From a virus: a DNA stretch of 64,000 nt. Location: positions 1-64,000 of IMG/VR virus record IMGVR_UViG_3300032236_001191. One strand, given 5' to 3'. The first letter of the stretch is position 1; each line of letters opens with the position of its first letter. The notes beneath the pieces were generated by a model. It had not been told where the DNA came from. It saw only the letters and a program-made list of their open reading frames with translations, and did no database searches. Shown one piece after another: positions 8,797-17,179 of the stretch. The translations under genes and the position numbers were made by a program.

Positions 8797-9464
8797 TGAC
8801 TTCCAGAGAAAAAGGTAAGTCTGATGAACGTCGTAATTCATTTTTAAATGCACTTAAAAATGTTAAAGTAACCTCAAATGCAACTCCTGGTGAATTTGAC
8901 GATAGCTCTGATATTATAGGGGATCTACACCAAAAACAACTCTACAATCGAGCAGATGCGCTTGATATGTTCAGCAATTCTATTTCTAATCCTGAACATT
9001 TAAAAGCATTAAATAAAGTACATATTGATCGAAGTCCTGCTGATCCTACGGATCCTTCAGGATTATACAGATCTGTCAATAACTCTTTAATTATTAAAGT
9101 AAATAATCATAGATCAGAAGATGAATTGCACGAAACCGTAGCTCATGAACTAGGGCACCATTTGTATGAGCACGGTGTAGATGAACAGCCTGGAGATCGT
9201 ATTCCTCTTGCTAAAATAGGAAAAGAAGAGGCAGAAGCAGATTCATATGCAAATCCCCACAAACCTGTTTCTAACCTATACACACACGCTGTTGTCGGCC
9301 ATCTTTTAGGCGGCTGCTCAAAAGATCACGGACCAGAACATCCTCACGAAGCATTAGTAAATCTTGGAAAAGGATACCTGGAATCTATGAAAAATATCAA
9401 CCCTCATATAGGACGTCAGTTAGAAAATTTAGCATTTTCCAGAGGAAACAATAATGGCAACTAA
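8796..9464 (+). CDS. zinc metallopeptidase (ImmA/IrrE-like)
   Basis: TVAHELGHHL plus downstream EAEADSYA. Confidence 0.7.
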   Translation: MTSREKGKSDERRNSFLNALKNVKVTSNATPGEFDDSSDIIGDLHQKQLYNRADALDMFSNSISNPEHLKALNKVHIDRSPADPTDPSGLYRSVNNSLIIKVNNHRSEDELHETVAHELGHHLYEHGVDEQPGDRIPLAKIGKEEAEADSYANPHKPVSNLYTHAVVGHLLGGCSKDHGPEHPHEALVNLGKGYLESMKNINPHIGRQLENLAFSRGNNNGN

Positions 9465-9747
9465 GAAAAAAGAAGTAGCTAAGGGTAAAGAATACAAGGG
9501 ATCTGCCGCTAATGGTGGTCGTAAGATTATTGTAGAGCACTATAAAGACTCTAATGGTAAATGGCACACTACTTCAAAAAACGCTGCCAAGGCTAAGTAC
9601 GAAAAAAAGCATGGCAAGTTACCTAAGGGCACAGATGTTGATCATAAAGACAACAATCATGATAATGACAAGGCTAGTAACCTACGTCCATTAAAGCATG
9701 ATAAAAATACTGCTAAAGAAAACAAGCGTAGAGCCGGTAAAAAATAG
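9454..9747 (+). CDS. small HNH-motif protein
   Basis: DVDHKDNNHDND..SNLR.L.H.KN. Confidence 0.75.
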   Translation: MATKKKEVAKGKEYKGSAANGGRKIIVEHYKDSNGKWHTTSKNAAKAKYEKKHGKLPKGTDVDHKDNNHDNDKASNLRPLKHDKNTAKENKRRAGKK

Positions 9748-10235
9748 TGGGTCGTAATAACAATGACTTTTATGAGTCAACTGGCATGCCACACCGAGAT
9801 GTTGATTTAGACTCTTTTATGGCTAGATCAGCTGCTAGAGCAAAAATGACGCCAGAAGAACGAGAAAATCAAGAAATTCAAGAGTATTCGGAGTCTTCTA
9901 AAACTTATTTAGGACATTTAAATAATCTTGCTGACAAGTTTAAAAAATCAGGTACTTACGGGCAAATTAAAGATTTTCATGACGAACACATAAAGCTTGC
10001 CTCGGTACCTTGGCCAAAACCAGAAGCCTTAAATTTATCTGAAACTAGAGGTATATTAAGACCTTTTAATAAACGCCTTGGGGCCTCTTTAAATAAAAGT
10101 GATTTTAAGTACGTATCTTTAAACCATAATTCTTGTCCATTTTGCGATTATGTAGAAAACGGATATAACGATATATATGAGACTTCAGAAGCTAAAGAAA
10201 CTATGTCTAAAAGAATTGATCCACCTAAAAAGTAA
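9747..10235 (+). CDS. hypothetical protein
   Basis: ORF, GTG start overlapping the upstream TAG; H..CPFC motif. Confidence 0.65.
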   Translation: MGRNNNDFYESTGMPHRDVDLDSFMARSAARAKMTPEERENQEIQEYSESSKTYLGHLNNLADKFKKSGTYGQIKDFHDEHIKLASVPWPKPEALNLSETRGILRPFNKRLGASLNKSDFKYVSLNHNSCPFCDYVENGYNDIYETSEAKETMSKRIDPPKK

Positions 10236-10237
10236 AG

Positions 10238-10309
10238 CTCTCCCCCAAGGACTCGAACCTCGATAGGCGGAACCAGAATCCGCAGTCTTGCCAATTAGAC
10301 GAAGGGAGA
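10238..10309 (-). tRNA. trnQ: tRNA-Gln(CTG), CCA not encoded
   Basis: Cloverleaf TCTCCCT/GGGGAGA, anticodon arm GCGGA-TTCTGGT-TCCGC, T-loop TTCGAGT, U1-A72, G73. Confidence 0.93.
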
Positions 10310-10432
10310 AAGAATGCTGGTGGGTCTACGAGCAGACTAACCCACCAGCTTGATACATGAGGCTTTACATAAGCTCGTTGGCCTCCAGATGTCCCCACAG
10401 TCGACAAGGCAACCATGGCATCCTTAGTATCG

Positions 10433-10505
10433 CTGGACAACCTGGGCTCGAACCAGGGACCTGGCGATTAACAGTCGCCTGCTCTGCCAACTGAGCTATT
10501 GTCCA
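10433..10505 (-). tRNA. trnN: tRNA-Asn(GTT), CCA not encoded
   Basis: TGGACAA/TTGTCCA acceptor, GGCGA-CTGTTAA-TCGCC anticodon arm, T-loop TTCGAGC. Confidence 0.95.
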
Positions 10506-10547
10506 ATGTGAGCCTTTTTTGTTTGGGGCTTGCTCAGGCCCCTTGCA

Positions 10548-11078
10548 CTATTTAGGAAAACTATCCAACCAGGCCGTTACAGCCGGTTCGCTAGATGATC
10601 CATCGTATGCGTTGGGGCCTACGCCCCATGATCCAAAGTCAGTTCCGTGTGCACTCATATAGTAGGCTATCTTAGCATTTGTTACTGGGTCCAGTAACTC
10701 CGCTTTAGTTTTTAGATCAAACTTAGCTAGACGGTCTATTCCTAGACTTCCTACCATGTTGATTTGAAATAGCCCGTAGGAGTCATCTCCTGTTGAGGCA
10801 TTCTTGTTGTGTGATAGAGGGTGTCCATTTGACTCCTTCATCGCTATGGCCCAAGCGATCTTCAAGGATTTACCTTGAAAACCAACTAAGCTGAGAAGGT
10901 CCTTGAGCTCTAGAGCTGTAAGCTCTGTTGCCCCGACATATTGATCAAGCCCAGTTTTTACCTGAGATGAGGTTACTGTCGAACCATCTGTTTGGGAGGC
11001 TGTAGCTGAGGCGGCTGTCAAACACGCACCTATCAAAATTGCTATGCCGAATATACTTTTTGTTTCACTAATATTCAC
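10548..11078 (-). CDS. secreted lytic transglycosylase / lysozyme-like protein
   Basis: Signal-peptide-like N-terminus; AIAMKES (catalytic Glu), SYGLFQIN, LLDPVTNA. Confidence 0.85.
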   Translation of the reverse strand: MNISETKSIFGIAILIGACLTAASATASQTDGSTVTSSQVKTGLDQYVGATELTALELKDLLSLVGFQGKSLKIAWAIAMKESNGHPLSHNKNASTGDDSYGLFQINMVGSLGIDRLAKFDLKTKAELLDPVTNAKIAYYMSAHGTDFGSWGVGPNAYDGSSSEPAVTAWLDSFPK

Positions 11079-11286
11079 ATCTTCCCCTAGGATAGAAGGC
11101 CAAACCTAACTGTTCTCTAACTGTCACTTAGAGTCTAGCAACCTGGCCTCTGTCTGCCAAGTTGGCTTGCAACCTTTGTACTTCGTGGTAATGCGTGGTC
11201 TAATCTTATCAGTAGTTACACGGTGCAGAACACCTAGAATGCACGATAGACTATTCTTTTAATTAGGAATAATTTAGGGGGTATTT

Positions 11287-11559
11287 ATGCGGATTGAACG
11301 TATAATCACAAAGCAAGGCCATCCTGTGCCTAAACAAGCGACAAGTCCAAAAGGTCCGTTTCCTCCCGAATTGTTCCGTAGTGCTCCTGTAGTGTCTGAT
11401 TATATACCACAACCTGATAGTGGAGACATAGATATACCAATTGGGGCCACAGCACAAAATAATTTTCAACCTATTCAATGGTACTCATGCAATGTATGCA
11501 ATGCAACTATTAACGAGCGTGAACTTGAAAGACACGGGTGTTTACTAGAAGATGGCTAA
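11287..11559 (+). CDS. hypothetical protein with C-terminal Zn finger
   Basis: CNVC...ERHGC. Confidence 0.65.
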   Translation: MRIERIITKQGHPVPKQATSPKGPFPPELFRSAPVVSDYIPQPDSGDIDIPIGATAQNNFQPIQWYSCNVCNATINERELERHGCLLEDG

Positions 11560-11845
11560 GACAAGAGATATAGGGCCTCTCTACTGGCATTTTATGGTTT
11601 ATCCAGTTAAACCCCCAGTTCTGTGGGAAAAAGCAGAGACTCAAGAGATTGATGGTCAATTTAGATTTGGATCCGGGTTTGCCTTACGCCTACCATTTAC
11701 TAGACTATCTATAATCATTGGGAGATGGGTTAGGCAATTAAGTGAAAGTCAAGCACTAACAAATGCCATAAAAGGCCGTGCTATGACCGAGGATGAAGTA
11801 AACTGGGACCATGTAAGATTCGGTGCAATGGAAGTGGATTCATAA
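11552..11845 (+). CDS. hypothetical protein
   Basis: ORF in the coupled operon upstream of terminase. Confidence 0.65.
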   Translation: MAKTRDIGPLYWHFMVYPVKPPVLWEKAETQEIDGQFRFGSGFALRLPFTRLSIIIGRWVRQLSESQALTNAIKGRAMTEDEVNWDHVRFGAMEVDS

Positions 11846-12081
11846 TGTGGAGATCTAAAGAAAAGAAGCAAGAACGACAAAGAACTCGTATTGAAAAGCG
11901 AGTAGACTCTTTGCCTTCAGCAGAACTTTTTCCATGGGCAGAGCAGTCTATCTATGCATTGGGTAGAAATCTATCCGGGTGGCAAAAGACTGGAGATGCT
12001 TTTTACCTTGAAGAAGCCCGTGTTGCTTCTGAGGTTGTCAATACAATTGTTACAACGCTAAATAAAAGGATTGCTCCGTGA
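11845..12081 (+). CDS. hypothetical protein adjacent to terminase
   Basis: Coupled to TerL by GTGA overlap. Confidence 0.65.
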   Translation: MWRSKEKKQERQRTRIEKRVDSLPSAELFPWAEQSIYALGRNLSGWQKTGDAFYLEEARVASEVVNTIVTTLNKRIAP

Positions 12082-13667
12082 ACGAATTTGAAGATGAAGA
12101 GCTATTCGACGAGGATGAGCCCTTAATCGAAGAAGATGATGAGGCGCTGTTTCCTGATGACACTCAGGTAGAGCTTGATGAGTTATCAAAAGAATTTGTA
12201 AACCAGCTCATCGATAAGATCATGGCTTTTATGGAGTTGCTTGTAGGACACAAGCTTCACCCGTATCAGGCGCCTTTGGCACGTCGAATCATTGAATCTA
12301 TCATCATCAACGATGGCGAAGAAGTTACCGCCCTGGCTGCTCGTCAGTCTGGTAAATCAGAGACTATCGCTAATACCGTAGCTACTCTTATGGTTATTCT
12401 ACCCCGCCTAGCTAAGATGTTCCCAGAGCTACTTGGTAAATTTGGTGATGGCATTTGGGTAGGAATGTTTGCCCCTATTCAATCACAGGTAGAAACCCTG
12501 TATGCTCGTACGGTTTCCCGCCTAACTAGCGAACATGCCCTTTCTATTTTGGGCGATGCTGAAATTGACGATAGCGTAGGTAAGAGTCCTGGAGTTACCC
12601 GTAACATCCGACTAAAAAACTCAGGGTCATCCCTTATGATGATGACAGCTAACCCACGAGCTAAGATTGAATCTAAGTCTTTCCATTTGATCATTATCGA
12701 CGAATGTCAAGAAGCAGACGACTTTGTGGTTGCAAAGTCAATCTCACCTATGGGTGCGTACTACAACGCCACCATGGTCAAGACAGGAACACCTACAACC
12801 TCTAAGAATAATTTTTATAAAGCTATTCAGCTAAACAAACGTCGTCAGACTTCTAGATCCGCCCGACAAAACCATTTTCAATGGGACTGGCGAGATGTGG
12901 CTAAGTTCAACGAAAACTACCAAAAGTTTATTAAAAAGGAAATGCTCCGTATTGGGGAGGACTCAGATGAATTTCAAATGTCGTACAACTGTAAGTGGCT
13001 GTTGGAAAGAGGAATGTTCGTTACATCCAACATCATGGATGAGCTTGGGGACACCTCAGCAGAAACGGTTAAGTCTCATTTCGGTTCTCCGGTTGTGGTC
13101 GGCATCGACCCAGCCCGCAAGATGGACTCAACGGTCGTCACGGTCGTTTGGGTAGACTGGGATCGACCAGATGAGTTTGGGTACTACGACCACCGTGTCT
13201 TAAACTGGCTAGAGCTTCAGGGAGATGACTGGGAGGAACAGTACTTCCAGATTGTTAACTTCCTATCAAGCTATGACGTTTTAGCTATTGGCGTAGATGC
13301 TAACGGTGTTGGAGATGCTGTTGCAGGCCGTCTAAAGATCCTTATGCCTAGAGTTGAGGTAGTGTCGGTATCTTCTAGCCCATCCGAGCAATCACGTCGT
13401 TGGAAGCACCTACAAGCCTTAATTCAACGTCGTATGGTTTCTTGGCCAGCGCACGCAAAAACACGTCGTTTACGTATTTGGAAGAAGTTTTACCAGCAAA
13501 TGACTGACGCCGAAGTAAAGTACAAAGGCCCTAACTTCTCAGTGGCGGCCCCAGAGGAAGCTCATGCCCACGACGACTTTGTTGACTCGTTAGCTTTAGC
13601 CTGTTCTCTAACCCAGGAAATGGTTATGCCAACTATTGAAGTAAGCGCCTCACCATTTTTTTCCTAG
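12078..13667 (+). CDS. terL: terminase large subunit
   Basis: Walker A ARQSGKS, Walker B IIIDECQ, coupling motif TGT, nuclease GIDPA and HDDFVDS. Confidence 0.95.
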   Translation: MNEFEDEELFDEDEPLIEEDDEALFPDDTQVELDELSKEFVNQLIDKIMAFMELLVGHKLHPYQAPLARRIIESIIINDGEEVTALAARQSGKSETIANTVATLMVILPRLAKMFPELLGKFGDGIWVGMFAPIQSQVETLYARTVSRLTSEHALSILGDAEIDDSVGKSPGVTRNIRLKNSGSSLMMMTANPRAKIESKSFHLIIIDECQEADDFVVAKSISPMGAYYNATMVKTGTPTTSKNNFYKAIQLNKRRQTSRSARQNHFQWDWRDVAKFNENYQKFIKKEMLRIGEDSDEFQMSYNCKWLLERGMFVTSNIMDELGDTSAETVKSHFGSPVVVGIDPARKMDSTVVTVVWVDWDRPDEFGYYDHRVLNWLELQGDDWEEQYFQIVNFLSSYDVLAIGVDANGVGDAVAGRLKILMPRVEVVSVSSSPSEQSRRWKHLQALIQRRMVSWPAHAKTRRLRIWKKFYQQMTDAEVKYKGPNFSVAAPEEAHAHDDFVDSLALACSLTQEMVMPTIEVSASPFFS

Positions 13668-13749
13668 TTTAAGGGCACAAATACCGAAATAAACGGCAGA
13701 CTTATACCTGAGGACCTCAATCCCAAACCTATGCATAGGAGAAAAAACA

Positions 13750-14157
13750 ATGGCAGTAGAAAATATCGCCCCAACACCAGGATTCCCTGAAAAAGTTGGC
13801 GCAACTTACGAGCGTAAAATGTCCCCAGCGACACCAGGACTTCGTGGTCCACTACGCTTTGAAGAAGGAATTGCAACAGACACAGATGTCCCTTCAGACT
13901 TCCAGCTTGGACTTGACCAGGGTTACGACACCCCAGCAGGTCGCCCAAACCACAACGTTAACGTTATGGAAAAGTACGCTGATGAAACAATGCAGCAGCG
14001 TGCTCACGTTGGTTCAGCAGCTTGGGTAGAAGCTCCAACATACCTTGGTGAATTTGCTCAGGGTAATTTCGGAGATCACTCACAGGTTGTTATTGAAGAA
14101 GTAATTCGCAATGGTGCTCACCAGTACCGTGTGAATCCAGCACAAGTTAACGACTAA
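13750..14157 (+). CDS. conserved hypothetical protein (possible virion component)
   Basis: SD AGGAG; GPLRFEEGIATDTDVP; between TerL and portal. Confidence 0.7.
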   Translation: MAVENIAPTPGFPEKVGATYERKMSPATPGLRGPLRFEEGIATDTDVPSDFQLGLDQGYDTPAGRPNHNVNVMEKYADETMQQRAHVGSAAWVEAPTYLGEFAQGNFGDHSQVVIEEVIRNGAHQYRVNPAQVND

Positions 14158-14232
14158 GTAGTATATACTTAAGAGGCTGGTAAACCCCGTTCCCCCTTCG
14201 ACGGGGTTTCCAGTCCTTATGAGGGGATAGCA

Positions 14233-14505
14233 ATGGCTCAAGGTGTACCAGAGAATCAAAAACTGTACGATCAGATTTTGAATCAAGCCAAAGCAAAATA
14301 TCCCTCTCATAGAAGAGTTGGCGCTACTACACCAGCAGCTAACAGTTACGTAACACAACAGTATGCTGCAGCTGGTGGAAAGTATGTGGATTCCAAAAAG
14401 CAAGTGCCGCCTCAGTTTGTAGACGTAAAGAAAAACGAAGAGGATGCTGAAAAACGCAAGACACAACAAGATAAGCGTAAAAGACAGCAACAAGGTTTCA
14501 TCTAA
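14233..14505 (+). CDS. basic hypothetical protein
   Basis: P.NQKLY...AKAKYP...A....QQY...GG.Y pattern; SD GAGGGG. Confidence 0.65.
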   Translation: MAQGVPENQKLYDQILNQAKAKYPSHRRVGATTPAANSYVTQQYAAAGGKYVDSKKQVPPQFVDVKKNEEDAEKRKTQQDKRKRQQQGFI

Positions 14506-14543
14506 TATATGTTGGGGGCAAATATGAAGTCAGGGAGTAACCT

Positions 14544-16265
14544 GTGAGTGGTGGTATGGATTTTAGTCCTCCGTCGTATAGAGCGGCGTCGAGTGACTTA
14601 ACAATCTCGATTTCTCCACTAGGTCTTGTAGAACTAGCGGACGAAGAGTTTGAAGTTCATGGACCACGCCTAAACCGTTATTCACTTAACTGGGCTATGT
14701 ATCTTGGACACCACTGGTCTTATCGCCGTGAAATTGGCGAATCACAGATGGTATACAACTATTACCGTGCTTTTACTGACTACATCATTAACTTTACATT
14801 TGGCCGTGGCGTTTCGTTCCGTAGCCCAAATGAAACAGAAGCTATCGTTCCAGACATCCTACAGCGTGCTTGGGAAGTAGATAACGATAAGCATGGCGTT
14901 CTATGGGAGATGGGCCAGCAAGGCGGAGTTTCAGGAGACTGCTTTGTTAAGGTAGCCTATGAAGAAGCGTATCAAGATAGCGTTGGCCGTATGCATGCAG
15001 GACGTGTACGTATCCTACCCCTTAACTCTTCTTTCTGTTTTCCAGAGTTTCACCCGCACGATCGTTCTCGCCTAATTCGTTTTAAGCTTAAGTATCGTTT
15101 CTGGGGTACATCCACAGAAGGTACACGTCAGGTTTATACCTACACTGAAATTCTTACCGATGATCGTATTGAAGAATACATCAACGATGAGCTTATTGAC
15201 TCACGACCTAACCCAATTGGTGTAGTTCCAATTGTTCACATCCCTAACGTACGAGTTTCTGGATCCCCATGGGGTCTTGCAGATTGCCACGACGTTATTG
15301 TTTTGAACAGAAACTATAATGAAGTTGCTACAGATGTTGCAGATATCATTAACTACCATGCGGCGCCCGTAACAGTAATCACCGGCGCTAAGGCCTCGTC
15401 CCTAGAAAAGGGACCTAAAAAGGTCTGGGGCGGTCTACCAAAAGACGCCCAAGTCTTTAACCTCGAAGGAGGCGGTCAAGGTCTACAAGGTGCTATGGAG
15501 TACCTTAAGATCATTAAGACTGCTATGCATGAGATGGTTGGAGTTCCAGAGTCAGCTCTAGGACAAGTCCAAGCAATCTCTAACACTTCAGGTGTAGCAC
15601 TTGCGATTCAGTTCCAGCCTTTGATGAACCGTTACCAGCAGAAGCTTGTAACATACAGCGAAGGTATTCGTAGAATTAATGAGCTCGTGCTTTCTACGCT
15701 AGCGTTTAAAGAACCAGAGCTATTTACTTACAACCCAGTTTTCAACGGTCCTATTAAGCCTACGCAGTTGCCTCAGCTTAATCTAGCCGACCCTATTACT
15801 TACCAGTCTCAAACTCACTTCCCACCTCCACTACCTTTGGATAAGCTTATTGTGCTTAATGAAATACAAACTAAAATGGGTATGGGTCTTGAAAGCCGTG
15901 AAGGTGCTCTACGTCAGCTGGGCGAGGAGTTCCCAGATGAGAAGCTTGAAGAAATTCGTGCAGAGCTCATTAATGACGCCAAGGCTGACGGAGCTCTACA
16001 GCTCATTAAGAATCAAATTAACGCATCTATTGCATCCCTTACCGGCATGCTTCCAGATGGTACCCCGCCTCCAGGTGCACAACCTGGCGCAGGTGTTGGA
16101 CCTGGTCCATTCGGTCAGCCTGGCGTAATCAGTCCTCTCGAGAAGGACGTCATCGAACAGCTTCAGCAAGTACAGGTAGATCTAGTTTCAGAAGCCTACA
16201 GTGCAAAGGTTCCTTTGCTAAAGACTCCTGAATCAGATACACCTAACTCTGAAGAAAATAAGTAG
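14544..16265 (+). CDS. portal protein (SPP1 gp6-like)
   Basis: Position, size, PNPIGVVPIVHIPN, SNTSGVAL motifs. Confidence 0.9.
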   Translation: MSGGMDFSPPSYRAASSDLTISISPLGLVELADEEFEVHGPRLNRYSLNWAMYLGHHWSYRREIGESQMVYNYYRAFTDYIINFTFGRGVSFRSPNETEAIVPDILQRAWEVDNDKHGVLWEMGQQGGVSGDCFVKVAYEEAYQDSVGRMHAGRVRILPLNSSFCFPEFHPHDRSRLIRFKLKYRFWGTSTEGTRQVYTYTEILTDDRIEEYINDELIDSRPNPIGVVPIVHIPNVRVSGSPWGLADCHDVIVLNRNYNEVATDVADIINYHAAPVTVITGAKASSLEKGPKKVWGGLPKDAQVFNLEGGGQGLQGAMEYLKIIKTAMHEMVGVPESALGQVQAISNTSGVALAIQFQPLMNRYQQKLVTYSEGIRRINELVLSTLAFKEPELFTYNPVFNGPIKPTQLPQLNLADPITYQSQTHFPPPLPLDKLIVLNEIQTKMGMGLESREGALRQLGEEFPDEKLEEIRAELINDAKADGALQLIKNQINASIASLTGMLPDGTPPPGAQPGAGVGPGPFGQPGVISPLEKDVIEQLQQVQVDLVSEAYSAKVPLLKTPESDTPNSEENK

Positions 16266-16373
16266 CTTTAGCCTGACAAATCACTCAATATTTGAAAGGC
16301 TAAGACCACACAAATCCGCAGGTCATCGTGGCATTAAATCGGACAACGACCTCTTACACCTAAGGACTCAACC

Positions 16374-17138
16374 ATGTCAGAAACGACTAACATTGTTGAT
16401 ACTCCGGAAGCACAGCAAGCATTCCTTACTGACTTCCCAGTAGCAACAGAATCAAAAGTAACTCCAGTAGCTGCACCAGATGCACCAAAAGGCTACACAG
16501 AAGAAGATCTTAAAAAAGTTCGTGAACAAGAAAAGTCAAAACTGTACCCACAGATTGATTCTCTTAAGGAAGAACTTACTCTTCTTAAGAAGGAACGTGA
16601 AGAACGTCTAGCAGAAGCAACAGCTCGTGAAGCTGCAGCTCAAGAAGAAGCTCGTAAGAAGGCTGAATCTGAAATGGATGTTCGACAACTTCTTGAAACA
16701 AAAGAAAAAGAGTGGGCAGAAAAGCTAGATGCAGAGCGTCTAGAACGTGAAAAAGCTTTTACACTCCTAGAGCGTGAGCGTCAGTATTCAGAGTTATCTG
16801 AGTATCGTAATCGCCGCCTAGAAGATGAACGGGATAATATTATCCCTGAGCTCGTAGATCTCATTTCGGGTAACACCCCAGACGAGATTGAGAATAGTAT
16901 TACAGGACTTAGAGAGCGTAGCTCCCGAATCTTGGAATCGGCGCAGGCTGCAATGCAGAATGCCCGCAAAGAAATGACAGGTACGAGAGTAACATCTCCG
17001 GCCCCAATGGAAAACAATTCGGATCAACAACAGTTCACAGCGGAGCAAATCGCTTCCATGTCGGTTACCGAATACGCAAAATACCGTGATCGTTTGCTTC
17101 CTCGAGCAAATGTTCGCAATAAAGGAATCTTGGGATAA
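16374..17138 (+). CDS. capsid scaffolding protein
   Basis: E/K coiled coil, C-terminal MSVTEYAKYR, immediately upstream of MCP. Confidence 0.8.
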   Translation: MSETTNIVDTPEAQQAFLTDFPVATESKVTPVAAPDAPKGYTEEDLKKVREQEKSKLYPQIDSLKEELTLLKKEREERLAEATAREAAAQEEARKKAESEMDVRQLLETKEKEWAEKLDAERLEREKAFTLLERERQYSELSEYRNRRLEDERDNIIPELVDLISGNTPDEIENSITGLRERSSRILESAQAAMQNARKEMTGTRVTSPAPMENNSDQQQFTAEQIASMSVTEYAKYRDRLLPRANVRNKGILG

Positions 17139-17179
17139 ACCCCAAACAACCCAATTACTAACTAAGGAGTAAGACCGAC

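Noticed and set aside
4164-9464. HIGR tetrapeptide in three accessory proteins as a targeting motif
   Set aside because: Too short, with dissimilar contexts; cannot be distinguished from chance
9454-9747. HNH as a mobile homing endonuclease or intron ORF
   Set aside because: Short, coupled within the operon, no interrupted gene or intron structure evident
10225-10440. 71-aa minus-strand ORF
   Set aside because: Overlaps both tRNA genes
10509-10550. preQ1-I riboswitch or stop-codon readthrough signal
   Set aside because: Lacks the preQ1 loop consensus and sits 3' of a gene; readthrough would translate through a tRNA
11080-11250. c-di-AMP (ydaO) riboswitch
   Set aside because: Conserved GCTGAA/GGGGAA/GTCAGCTAAC blocks not found
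16320-16352. Possible RNA motif AGGTC...GACCT in the scaffold leader (similarly the GTAA-loop hairpin at 38334-38347)
   Set aside because: Only 5-bp stems; insufficient without comparative data
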